From Chloroflexota bacterium (GTDB lineage Bacteria > Chloroflexota > UBA11872 > VXNJ01), in contig OZ242360.1 in NCBI GenBank assembly GCA_965208775.1, forward strand, positions 3,037,404-3,101,403: a stretch of DNA of 64,000 nt. Reading direction: 5' to 3'. The notes beneath the pieces were generated by a model that did not search any database, was not told the DNA's origin, and worked only from the letters and a program-made list of their open reading frames with translations. Made by a program: the position numbers and the translations under genes. Of the stretch, positions 1-8,923 are shown piece after piece (the stretch's first letter is position 1; each line of letters begins with the position of its first letter).

Positions 1-341
1 TTGACGGCTATCACCCGGTCCCAATCTTCAACTTCAGTCTTATAGGTGGGAGACGTGATCGCGAATCCGGCGTTGTTGATCAGCACGTCGACCGCTCCGA
101 ACTCGTCCATCGCGGCTTTGACGACAGTCTGCGCCGTGTCCTCGCAGGCCGCGTCGCCGGGTATTGCCAATACTCGCGAGCCGGAATCGCGGGCGGCCGC
201 GGCGGTCTGATCGATCTCCGACCTGGTACGGGCGGTCAGGACCAGATTCGCGCCCTCGGCGGCGAGCGCCAGCGCGATTGCCCGTCCGATTCCCCGGCCC
301 GCGCCGGTTACGATCGCGGCGGCTCCGTTGAGATCAATCAT
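1..341 (-). CDS. Short-chain dehydrogenase/reductase (SDR) family oxidoreductase; its 3' end runs off the window start
   Basis: Minus-strand translation from ATG at 341..339 reads MIDLNGAAAIVTGAGRGIGRAIALALAAEGANLVLTARTRSEID...LINNAGF. This shows the SDR TGxxxGxG Rossmann motif and the NNAG motif. It is absent from the ORF track because there is no stop inside the window. Confidence 0.7.
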   Translation of the reverse strand, partial: MIDLNGAAAIVTGAGRGIGRAIALALAAEGANLVLTARTRSEIDQTAAAARDSGSRVLAIPGDAACEDTAQTVVKAAMDEFGAVDVLINNAGFAITSPTYKTEVEDWDRVIAV

Positions 342-372
342 CGTGGTTCAGGCACCTGTACCCGCTTAATCA

Positions 373-1644
373 TCAGTCGCAATCGCGAACCGAGTCCGAG
401 GCTCTCTTGGTGAGCAGCCTCCCGGCTTTAGCTACTTCGACTCCGTCCTGATAGACGCATCTGGGATTGCGGAGGGCGAAGATGTTCTTCGAGGCGTCGC
501 CCTCGACGACGAGCAGGTCGGCGCGCATGCCTGGTTTGATCGAGCCGATTTCGGCTTCGAGTCCTAGAGTCTTGGCCTGTGCGGAAGTGGCGCGGCGGAT
601 ACTGCCCTCGGGCGTGTCGTCGAGTGCGACCATGCCCGCGATGACGCTGAGGGCGAAGTCGGCGAAATCGACATTCGCGACCCCCGCGTCGCTGGACGAA
701 GTGACCGATACGCCGCGGCTTTCGGCGTCTCGATAGAACGCGTACTCATCGCGAAGCCCTTCGATCAATTCTGAAGGTACGGCGTCGAGCGAATCGGGTC
801 CGTCGAACCTGCCGCGGTCGAATCCGGTGTACGTGGCGTTGATTGACTGCGTTTCCGGGTCCATCCGGTCGATCGCGTCGGGGCGGTAGTCCATCCCATT
901 GTCGCCGGTCCACCTGAAATGCTCGAAAGTGTGGACGCCGGCGTCGATCGCGTACTCGCAGCCGTCGGCCCCAAGCGTGTGCGCGGCGACGCGCTTGTTG
1001 AGCCGGTTTGCGTCTTCAACCAGCGCCGCGAGGGTTTTGAGGGTGTACTGGGGCCTTTTCAGGTTGGAGATCGGAGTCATGCCGCCGCCGGTGGCCATGA
1101 CCTTTATGAAGTCCGCGCCCGCCACGACCATACGCCGGACGGCCACACGGACCTCATCCTCGGTGTCGGCGGTAAGTCCGCACCAGTGCAGGTGCCCGGA
1201 AGTGGTAGTAATCGGCGCACCGCTCACGAGCAGCCGCGGTCCCGGCGCCCGCCCGGAATCGATGGCCTCGCGGACCGGCACATTGAGGGCCATGCGCCCG
1301 CCGCAGTCGCGCAGCGTAGTTACGCCGGCGGCCAGCGCGCTTTGGGCATGGCTGAGAGCGCGCATAGCAAGCTGTGCATCGGTAGCCGCGACTTGCCGAC
1401 GGATTATGCCATCGGTGGTCTTGCCGGCGTCGAATTGGAGATGGACGTGGGTATCAATTAGGCCGGGAAGTATGGTGGAGTGACCGAAATCGACGATCTT
1501 GCCGTCGGTGGCGGGATGTTCGCCTGATTGCCCCACCCCTCGAATGAAGCCGTCTTCGACGAGGACCTCGGCATTCTTGACGGCTAGCGCACCGGTGCCA
1601 TCTATCAAAACTGCCGAGCGGAGAATCAACTTTTTCGGAGTCAT
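373..1644 (-). CDS. Amidohydrolase-superfamily metal-dependent hydrolase
   Basis: ORF 373..1698. Metal-binding HxH (GLIDTHVHL) lies near the N-terminus, with downstream His/Asp ligands typical of the amidohydrolase fold. The likely start is MTPKKLILRSAVLIDG at 1644. Confidence 0.65.
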   Translation of the reverse strand: MTPKKLILRSAVLIDGTGALAVKNAEVLVEDGFIRGVGQSGEHPATDGKIVDFGHSTILPGLIDTHVHLQFDAGKTTDGIIRRQVAATDAQLAMRALSHAQSALAAGVTTLRDCGGRMALNVPVREAIDSGRAPGPRLLVSGAPITTTSGHLHWCGLTADTEDEVRVAVRRMVVAGADFIKVMATGGGMTPISNLKRPQYTLKTLAALVEDANRLNKRVAAHTLGADGCEYAIDAGVHTFEHFRWTGDNGMDYRPDAIDRMDPETQSINATYTGFDRGRFDGPDSLDAVPSELIEGLRDEYAFYRDAESRGVSVTSSSDAGVANVDFADFALSVIAGMVALDDTPEGSIRRATSAQAKTLGLEAEIGSIKPGMRADLLVVEGDASKNIFALRNPRCVYQDGVEVAKAGRLLTKRASDSVRDCD

Positions 1645-1756
1645 GTCTAATCCGTCGGTATGGGTGTTGTCATTGCGCGTCCGACGTACGCCGAGCAAGC
1701 TGGCGAAGCCGCAAGCTGCGGTGGATTGTACTCATGCAAGATGTTGGAAACTGACC

Positions 1757-2080
1757 TTAGAAGTTTGGAGACGGGGCCATCACGACGAGACACCGCAGGC
1801 GCTCGCCGGAGTCGTTGATGACTCCGTGGACAGATCTTGCCGGCGCAAGCACGAGATCACCTTTGCCAAGCTCCCGACGGTCGTCGTCCACGATAAACGT
1901 GCCGCTGCCTTCGAGAACATAGTAGAACTTATCGGCTCCGCCGTGATCGTGGACCCGCTGCTCCTGCCCCGGCTCGAAGCAGTAAACGTCACAAAACATG
2001 CGATCCCGGTCGAACAGATTGTTCTTCTTCAGCTTTTGGTCGGAGTAAGCTGAGTTTTCGTCGATGCTCTTCACCAGCAT
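1757..2080 (-). CDS. Cupin-domain protein
   Basis: 107 aa with a cupin two-His motif pattern (HDHGGADKFYYVLEG ... SVHGVIN). It is in the same orientation as the flanking catabolic genes. Confidence 0.6.
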   Translation of the reverse strand: MLVKSIDENSAYSDQKLKKNNLFDRDRMFCDVYCFEPGQEQRVHDHGGADKFYYVLEGSGTFIVDDDRRELGKGDLVLAPARSVHGVINDSGERLRCLVVMAPSPNF

Positions 2081-2120
2081 TGTCGCAATCCCCCCTGTCG
2101 ATTACGGGCCTGCTACAGCG

Positions 2121-3059
2121 TTATAACGTTGCCCAGGCTTCCTGGAATACGCGCTTGGATCCTGCCAGGACCATGTCCGCGTCTTCGCCTTCGAACGGTT
2201 TGATTTCAAAGCTCACGATGGGACGCGGCGTGGGCGACTGGCGGTCGAAGAAGCCGGTGTTCGCCATGGCGCGCAGAAACTCGCGAGTCTCGGCGACGCC
2301 ATTGACGCCGCCGGGGAAGTCCCATCGGGGGTGGGTATCGCCGAAGTTGGCCCGGCCAGGTCTGCGCACGCAGTTTCCGACGTCCACATGGAAGGTCATG
2401 TCGCCCAGAGCCCGGAAGACCTCGTCGGGCTGGACGTAGAGAAGCGGCAGATGTCCCTGATCGACCAGGAGGCCGAACGACGGGTAATCGTCGCGGATGC
2501 GCGCGGTCAGTGCGACGGCGTCGTCGGTTTTCCCGATCACCGATTTCTTGTCGACCACCTGGTCGAACTGCTCGAGCGAAATGGGGATCGGCTCGCCGCC
2601 GTTGGCGCTGGCGCGGGCGTGCGCGCAGATTTCGTGCAGGGACTGTTCCAGCGCGTCGATAGCCTCGTATTTCTTGTCTTCGCCCGGATAGGAGTCCCGT
2701 CCATCCATCAGAGAAAAGGCGACGCATCCCAGCTCCAGGGCCTCGTCCAGCGACTCCTTGACGTTCTCGACGCCCGCTTTGCGCTTGTCTTCGTCAAGGG
2801 CCGCAAGGTTTTGTCCGGTATTGAGGATGGGCACCTGGGCGCGGAATCCGAGCTTGGTGTCCGACACTTCGGCCATAGCGCGCAACTCTTGCCGGACCTT
2901 CGGGTCCTTGATGTGGGTAACTTCGAGGATGGTGAAGAACTCGTCCTCAAATATCTGCTTGGCGCGTTCGAGAACGGGACCATCGCCATCGCCTGTCTCC
3001 GGGAACATCATTCCCAAGATGACGCCGAGATCGAAGTGGGAATGCCAAGGGCGATCCAT
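2121..3059 (-). CDS. Sugar phosphate isomerase/epimerase (xylose-isomerase-like TIM barrel)
   Basis: 312 aa. Its length and hydrophilic alternating pattern with conserved acidic/His positions resemble AP-endonuclease-2/xylose-isomerase-like TIM barrels. This is a family-level call only. Confidence 0.5.
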   Translation of the reverse strand: MDRPWHSHFDLGVILGMMFPETGDGDGPVLERAKQIFEDEFFTILEVTHIKDPKVRQELRAMAEVSDTKLGFRAQVPILNTGQNLAALDEDKRKAGVENVKESLDEALELGCVAFSLMDGRDSYPGEDKKYEAIDALEQSLHEICAHARASANGGEPIPISLEQFDQVVDKKSVIGKTDDAVALTARIRDDYPSFGLLVDQGHLPLLYVQPDEVFRALGDMTFHVDVGNCVRRPGRANFGDTHPRWDFPGGVNGVAETREFLRAMANTGFFDRQSPTPRPIVSFEIKPFEGEDADMVLAGSKRVFQEAWATL

Positions 3060-3381
3060 CCGTTGCTCCTTTTTACGAATAAGGCGTATTTGGCTGAACG
3101 AGCGAACGGGAAATCAGAACCGCCAGTCCGGAAATTGGTTCCACGTCGGTGGGTCGACATCTCCGTTCGACGAATCCTAGTTGAATTCGGCTTGCTTCGC
3201 TTGTCAAGCTGGAGCGACACGTCTGGCTTGGCGTGGCCGGTCGGCGCGATAGGGCGGCGATGCTAGTAGCCGCTCCACGGCTTTGGACGTGACCGGCGTG
3301 CGCGTAGATCGTTAGACTCGTTGGAGCCGTCGGACCGTAAGCCCCACATGGGCTGGAACCGGTCGATTGGAGTAGTCGCCT

Positions 3382-3798
3382 TTGGCCGATCAAAGCGGCG
3401 AGTGGATCGAGTCAGGCCCCGACTGGAATCCCGATATACCGCCTATCAAGTACGCCGGGGCGTCCATCCGCTGGAGCACGACGCACTTCGATTCGGTGGT
3501 CATCCCGCTGATCGTGACGACCAAGCAGGTGTTTTGGGACATCCGGCTGAGCGCGTTCGAGATTACGGACCATCTCCTGAAATTAGTTGTCGATCTGCCC
3601 AGCATCCACGGCATGGCGATGGAGGTGGTGTCTTTCAGCGAGATGGATAGCGCTCCGGCAGGACTGGCTGACGAGATTGCCGAGGTGCTGAACGCGGTCG
3701 GCGCGCAAGTGCTTTCCGAGGCATGGAGCTACGAAATCGAATTTCGAGAAGGCGACAAGTCTGAGACTTTTCGGGGCGAGATAGCAAGCGGTGACTGA
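3382..3798 (+). CDS. Hypothetical protein (no recognisable domain)
   Basis: 138-aa ORF. The caller start is TTG and the true start is uncertain. It overlaps the next ORF by 8 nt, which suggests translational coupling. Confidence 0.35.
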   Translation: MADQSGEWIESGPDWNPDIPPIKYAGASIRWSTTHFDSVVIPLIVTTKQVFWDIRLSAFEITDHLLKLVVDLPSIHGMAMEVVSFSEMDSAPAGLADEIAEVLNAVGAQVLSEAWSYEIEFREGDKSETFRGEIASGD

Positions 3799-4588
3799 GT
3801 CGGACCAGAGCGCCGTCTGGTGGACGCTGGAACACCGGCTGCAAGCCGATCTGGCTTTCTTCGAGGACTACTCCAAATGGAGCGCGTTCAGGCTGATTCG
3901 TTCAAGCCGTGAACTGCTGGAGGCCTTCGAAGCTTCCAGTTCTCGCGACGAGCGCAAGGACTTCGCGGCGCGCATCGCGCTTAATCATCGCGAAGCCCTG
4001 GAGACGTTCGGAGCGCTTTGCCATGGTCTGCAAACCAGAGGCCAGGGTCCCGCGATTCGCGGGATATTGCACTGCACAGTGTCGCAAGCCCGCGACGTGC
4101 TGCGAAGCATACGAACCCGGTCCCAGGTGGGGTTCGCGGAATTCCTGAATCTGGAGAGGGCGCTGGCGGTTGAAGGCGCCGCGCCGGCGGACTACGACGG
4201 CGATCTGGAGTCGTTTTGCGAGGAGCGGCGGGAAGGTCTCGCGACCATTGCGGCAATCGCCGCGCAAAGCACGCTGTTCCAGTTCTTTTCACCGGGTGCA
4301 GGGCGATATCTACTGATCGGGGCGGGAAAGACTGTTTCGGAAATCAAGACCGGGACCGCGTCCGAGATGCGCAGCGAGAGCAATTCCGGTTTCTTTATGG
4401 TCGACATTTCTCCGCCGGGTTCCACCGACAATCCCGATCTCCTGGGAATCGGCGCGCCCGCGGTTCCGGCGATACTCCGCTCGTCGGTCAAGGAAATCGA
4501 TTTCATGGCGAGCGAGGGGGCGGCGATAGCTTCGCTGGCCGCAGGACTGGCTCGTTCCGGCCATCTCTACGCCGATACGTCGGACTAG
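3791..4588 (+). CDS. Hypothetical protein (no recognisable domain)
   Basis: 265-aa ORF with coding-like composition and no motif I can assign. It lies downstream of, and overlaps, ORF 3382..3798. It is convergent with the COG0523 gene. Confidence 0.45.
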   Translation: MTESDQSAVWWTLEHRLQADLAFFEDYSKWSAFRLIRSSRELLEAFEASSSRDERKDFAARIALNHREALETFGALCHGLQTRGQGPAIRGILHCTVSQARDVLRSIRTRSQVGFAEFLNLERALAVEGAAPADYDGDLESFCEERREGLATIAAIAAQSTLFQFFSPGAGRYLLIGAGKTVSEIKTGTASEMRSESNSGFFMVDISPPGSTDNPDLLGIGAPAVPAILRSSVKEIDFMASEGAAIASLAAGLARSGHLYADTSD

Positions 4589-4618
4589 CTAACAGGCGTC
4601 AGGTTCTCGCGGGCGCGG

Positions 4619-5527
4619 TCAACCCGCGTGAAGGGCCTCCTCGATTTCGCTCCGCCGCAGTCCCGTTCCTATGAACTCGACACGGGGATCGGCGGGGCCG
4701 AACTCGTGAATATCCCAGCTGCCCATGACGTACTCGATTCGGACCATGCCATCGCCGGTCTCGATGAACCCTTTGGCCCGCACCACTTCTCCGAATTTGC
4801 CCTGCTCCACGGATTTGAGGAATCCTTCGACTTGTGAGCGCGCGATTTTGGGAGGTTGGATCGAGAGCGTTTCCATGCCCTGGGTGGAGTCGGCGACCTC
4901 ATGGTGGTGGTCGTGCTCGTCGTCATGGCTCGAATCGTCCGCGCCGTTTGCGCCGAATACGAGCATGGGGTCCACGTCGCAGTAGGTGGTCACGTACATC
5001 TGACCGGCGGGATTCAAGTCCCTGACGAATTTGCGGGCGCGATCGAGGTCTTCCTCATTCACGAGGTCGGCCTTGTTTATGAGCACCAGGGACGCTTGAG
5101 ATATCTGGTCTTCGAAGAACTTGCCGAATGCGCGGCTGGCGAGCTCGTATTTGTTGGCGTCGAGGATCGTTGCTCGGGAGTCGACCGAGGCGAACTCGGC
5201 TATTTCGCGAAAGTCGAAGACCTCGTCGATCTGGTTAGGGGCCGCCAGCCCGGTAGGCTCGATGACGAGGCGCTCCGGATGGAATCGCTTTTCAAGCTCC
5301 TTGAGGGCGAGGAATAGGTCGCCGCGCAGCTCGCAGCAGATGCAGCCGTTGGGCAGCATCTGCACGTTCATTTCGTCGGATTCGAGAACGGTGCCGTCGA
5401 TACCGACTTCGCCCATTTCGTTGACAAGCACGGCCACGCGCTCGCGCACGGCAAGCTTGGGGATGAGGCTTCTGAGGAACGTGGTTTTCCCGGAGCCGAG
5501 GAATCCGTAAACGATCGTTACGTTCAT
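4619..5527 (-). CDS. COG0523-family (CobW/ZigA-like) metallochaperone GTPase
   Basis: Walker A GFLGSGKTT at residues 8-16. The CxCC metal-binding motif is GCICCE. A His-rich acidic stretch DDSSHDDEHDHHHEVAD is typical of COG0523 zinc/cobalt chaperones. It is the last gene of the minus-strand methyltransferase operon. Confidence 0.8.
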   Translation of the reverse strand: MNVTIVYGFLGSGKTTFLRSLIPKLAVRERVAVLVNEMGEVGIDGTVLESDEMNVQMLPNGCICCELRGDLFLALKELEKRFHPERLVIEPTGLAAPNQIDEVFDFREIAEFASVDSRATILDANKYELASRAFGKFFEDQISQASLVLINKADLVNEEDLDRARKFVRDLNPAGQMYVTTYCDVDPMLVFGANGADDSSHDDEHDHHHEVADSTQGMETLSIQPPKIARSQVEGFLKSVEQGKFGEVVRAKGFIETGDGMVRIEYVMGSWDIHEFGPADPRVEFIGTGLRRSEIEEALHAG

Positions 5528-5586
5528 CTGAGGCGATTGGAGCGGCGGTCAGGACCTGGACTCGTGTGCGCAGCGGACGTCACGGC

Positions 5587-6690
5587 CTAGATCTCGATGC
5601 CCGCCTTCTCCTGCGCATCAATCTCCAAAACCGTGTCAGCGATCATCTTCAGGCTTGCGTCGCTGACTTGTGGCGGCACGGCGCACTCGGGGGAGATTAC
5701 GTCGATACCGGCGCTGTATACGTTCTTGACCTCTTCCTTGATGGCTTCGGGGTCGCCGTTCATCAGCGTGATGATGTTGCTGACGTTACCGACCAGCGGG
5801 AAGTCTCCCACTTCCTTTTTGGACTCGTGGGGGTCGTTCTCGTATGCGAAGTGGAAGGCGTCAAAGCCCGCTTCCTTGATGTACTTCATCCGGTCGAGCG
5901 TGTTGCCGCAGCAGTGGAGCATAACGGGGCCGTCGATACGGGGAGCGATTTCACTGTGGACCGGCATCAGGAAATCGCGATAGGTATCCGCACGAACGAG
6001 GTCGCCGGTGGAGTGGTCGGCGAGAGTCAAGACGTCGGCGCCGGCCTCGAATTGCGCGTTAGCGAACATCACGGAGACGTCCTTGAGAACGTCGAGGCAA
6101 CCGCGGACCCAGTCGGGGTCGAGGATGATGTTCAGCAGGAAGTCCTGCACACCGAACATGTGATAGGAGAGCGTCCACGGCCCCATCACCTTCCCGACGA
6201 CGCAGGCGTCCGGGTGGCGCTTTCGAAGGATCCTGATCGCATCGATTATTGATTTGGCTTCCGGGCGGTCCAGGAAGTCGTCGGGGATATTGGCTTCGTC
6301 GGGACCGCTCCAGAGCGGGGGCTGCTTGCATGCGGGCATCCTCGGGCCGGAAGTGATCTTGCCGTCCTGTTCGACGAAGGGATCTTCGCCCCACTCGACC
6401 GGCGCGCCCAGAGCCGCCGCTCCGTGAATGAGACCGAAGTACGGCATTACCGTGTCGTAGCCCAAGTCGGTGTAGCTCAACTCGGCCAAGCCGGCGATCT
6501 CCTCCGAGTCCGTGTGGGCCACCGGCCATTCGTGTCCGGTGCGGCGCATCTGCTCGTAGGTGGCGGACGAGGTGATGTTTCCGACCGGGCGGCGGTCGAC
6601 AGGTTCACGCTTGATCGCGGCGACGAAGCGTTCCCGAGGCGTCATTTCGTCGCTACTGCTCTTCGAGCTAATTACGTTGGCCATTGGCAC
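5587..6690 (-). CDS. Uroporphyrinogen-decarboxylase-family methyltransferase (MtaA/OdmB/CmuA-N-like methyl-transferring MT I)
   Basis: An N-terminal MTPRERFVAAIKREPVDRRPV matches the URO-D/MtaA family start. LHCCGNT (HxC) plus a downstream Cys (ISPECAV) correspond to the MtaA-type zinc site. The real start may be MTPRERF (~6645). Confidence 0.75.
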   Translation of the reverse strand: MPMANVISSKSSSDEMTPRERFVAAIKREPVDRRPVGNITSSATYEQMRRTGHEWPVAHTDSEEIAGLAELSYTDLGYDTVMPYFGLIHGAAALGAPVEWGEDPFVEQDGKITSGPRMPACKQPPLWSGPDEANIPDDFLDRPEAKSIIDAIRILRKRHPDACVVGKVMGPWTLSYHMFGVQDFLLNIILDPDWVRGCLDVLKDVSVMFANAQFEAGADVLTLADHSTGDLVRADTYRDFLMPVHSEIAPRIDGPVMLHCCGNTLDRMKYIKEAGFDAFHFAYENDPHESKKEVGDFPLVGNVSNIITLMNGDPEAIKEEVKNVYSAGIDVISPECAVPPQVSDASLKMIADTVLEIDAQEKAGIEI

Positions 6691-6800
6691 CTCCGATCGC
6701 CGTCGCCCCCAATCCCGCAGGATCTCACGCCATGCTGATTTGCGTTTTTCTCATCGTATTTTATTGTGGCGGACCAGCGAAGCGGCTTGCTCAGACGGGC

Positions 6801-7673
6801 CTATTGATACCGCGCTACTTCCCGGTCCATGGCTTCCAGCAGTCTCTGAATAGCCGCGTCGTCGGCGCCCATGTCGCGGGCTTCAAGCGCGACTCCCCTG
6901 GCCGCTTCGGTTTCCTCGGTAATTTGCTGGGGGCTTTCACGTCGAATTGCTACTTCGAAGAGGTCTCTGGCCTCGAGCAAGAGCCGCCTGGCGGCTTCTT
7001 CGGGCGTCTCCTGGACCTCAACTCCCATCAACCGCTTGGCCAGAGCCACGCCGGCGGCGGCGTCGGCGCCGTATCCATGCGCGCCGACCTCGTTGGCCCA
7101 GTCCTGCGTCACGGGCGCGCCTCCGACGATCACGCTCACCTTGTCCCCAAGCCCGGCATCCTTGACAGCCTGGACGACGGTTGGGAAGTAGATCATCGTG
7201 GTCGTCAAGAGTGCTGAGAGTCCGATAATGTTGGCGTCGGTCTCTATGGCCTTGTCTATGTAACTTTGGGCGTCGCAGTCGATTCCCAGGTCGTAGACGA
7301 CGAATCCAGCGCCTTCGAGCATCATTCCGAGCAGGTTCTTGCCGATGTCGTGAAGGTCGCCTCTAACAGTCCCGATAACGACCGTTCCGAGCGGCTCGGC
7401 TCCCGTCGCCGCAAGCAGCGGTTGTACGAGTGCCATGCCCATTTTCATGGCGCGGGCGGACATCAGCACTTCGGGTACGTAGTACTCGTTGCGCCGGAAT
7501 CTCTCACCGACGACGTCCATTGCGGGCAGCATTCCGTCGTTGACGATCACCTTGGCGTCGATCTCGTTGTCGATGCAGTCTTGAACCGACGAAACGGCCG
7601 TGGGTGCGTCGCCGCCGATGATCGCTTCGTGGAGTATCTGGACCGTACTGGCAAAATCGAACTCTGCCGCCAC
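6801..7673 (-). CDS. Cobalamin-binding corrinoid protein (B12-binding cap + Rossmann domain)
   Basis: The DxHxxG motif is RGDLHDIGKNL. SxL (IGLSALLTT) and GG (VIVGGAP) B12-binding motifs are present, with a helical cap domain N-terminal. There is an unusual ~70-aa charged C-terminal extension. Confidence 0.8.
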   Translation of the reverse strand: MAAEFDFASTVQILHEAIIGGDAPTAVSSVQDCIDNEIDAKVIVNDGMLPAMDVVGERFRRNEYYVPEVLMSARAMKMGMALVQPLLAATGAEPLGTVVIGTVRGDLHDIGKNLLGMMLEGAGFVVYDLGIDCDAQSYIDKAIETDANIIGLSALLTTTMIYFPTVVQAVKDAGLGDKVSVIVGGAPVTQDWANEVGAHGYGADAAAGVALAKRLMGVEVQETPEEAARRLLLEARDLFEVAIRRESPQQITEETEAARGVALEARDMGADDAAIQRLLEAMDREVARYQ

Positions 7674-7811
7674 CTAATGTCCTCCAATTCGCCCTAAACG
7701 CCCGGCCTTATCGACTCTATTTGTAGAGCGCCGATGACCGCCCGAGCTTTGCAGTCGCCTAACTGTAGAGTCTGTAAGTCTAAGGTAGTTGTCGACTTCG
7801 CGCCGTTGCGT

Positions 7812-8681
7812 CTACCGCGCCCTCGCAGGCCGCGCCATCTGCTCCAACAGCGGATCGGCCCAGAGTCGGGCCTGCTCTACCTGATTGAAGGTGAATACGT
7901 GGACGCCGGCGAATCCAAGATCGCGTCCGTTCCTGGGGCTGCTCAGTTTGGATAGCAGCTTGTCCGGGGTGTAGGAGGGCCTTAGAAACTGGCCCACCAT
8001 GCCGAGTTTGGACTTGAGGAACCGCCGGGCGTCCGACACGCCGCAGGTGCGAGCCAGCTCCAGGAGCCGCAGAGCGTTCATGGGCGAGGGGACTCCGATG
8101 AAGATCGGGAGAGAGACTCCTTTGTCGCGGATTCGCGCGGCCCACTCCAGCGTGGCGCCGGCGTCGAAGCACATCTGGGTCACGACATGGGTGGCGTGGG
8201 GTTGTTTGTCGGTGAGTGCCTGCATAAGCGAATCGTCCGGGACTACCGGATGGGTTTGCGGATAGCCGGCGATTCCGACGAATTCGAACCGACGCCCCAT
8301 ATCGGCGATTTCCCGCAGAAGCGCGAATGACGAATCGTAAGGTCCCCAAGGCGGGTCCGGATCGCCGCCGAGCGCCATGATTCCCCTTGTGTCGGTATCG
8401 GCCAGCGCGTCCATGACTTCGCGAAGATGCTCACGCGACTTGATGGTTCGGGCGGTGACGTGAGGGATGGGACGGTAGCCTTTGCCAGTCAGCCGTTTGT
8501 GAAGCCTCAACGTGGGAACGATGCCGTTGGTCGGCGAGCACGAGATGCTGATCCTCGATTCGGGCGAAAGGTTCCGTAACACCTTTCGAAGAACGCCTTT
8601 GGCTGGGACGACTTCGAACTGCACTTGCGAAAGCAGGCCGCTGGAAACCCCAGCGTCACGCAGTAGTGCCTTACTCGCCAT
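7812..8681 (-). CDS. metF: Methylenetetrahydrofolate reductase (MetF family)
   Basis: FEVVPA, PHVTA, ALGGD and HVFTFN align by eye to E. coli MetF FEFFPP, PHLTC, ALRGD and HFYTLN. The start ATG at 8681 is preceded by AGGAGA 5 nt upstream; the ORF track start at 8768 is probably too long. Confidence 0.75.
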   Translation of the reverse strand: MASKALLRDAGVSSGLLSQVQFEVVPAKGVLRKVLRNLSPESRISISCSPTNGIVPTLRLHKRLTGKGYRPIPHVTARTIKSREHLREVMDALADTDTRGIMALGGDPDPPWGPYDSSFALLREIADMGRRFEFVGIAGYPQTHPVVPDDSLMQALTDKQPHATHVVTQMCFDAGATLEWAARIRDKGVSLPIFIGVPSPMNALRLLELARTCGVSDARRFLKSKLGMVGQFLRPSYTPDKLLSKLSSPRNGRDLGFAGVHVFTFNQVEQARLWADPLLEQMARPARAR

Positions 8682-8923
8682 GTCGTCTCCTATTTGACCA
8701 CCTTTGCGATCTTCGATCCTTGGAAGCACCGGTAGACGACTTGAGTCGATCCGGCCTTTGGCTCCCAAGCGGCGGCGCAGCGATGGTTGTTGAGCGTCGC
8801 CATGCTAGCATTACGCAATCTTACAGAGATGGGACTGGGTATCCCATCCCAGAGACCGGCCCCCTCGCGAGCGCTGGCTGCCGCTTCGACGAGTCCCCGC
8901 AAGTCTTACCGGTCTAACTGAAT

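Noticed and set aside
899-3266. Multiple plus-strand ORFs (for example 899..1483, 919..1461 and 2331..3266) opposite the amidohydrolase and TIM-barrel genes
   Set aside because: They are antisense to genes with clear family signatures and give low-complexity translations.
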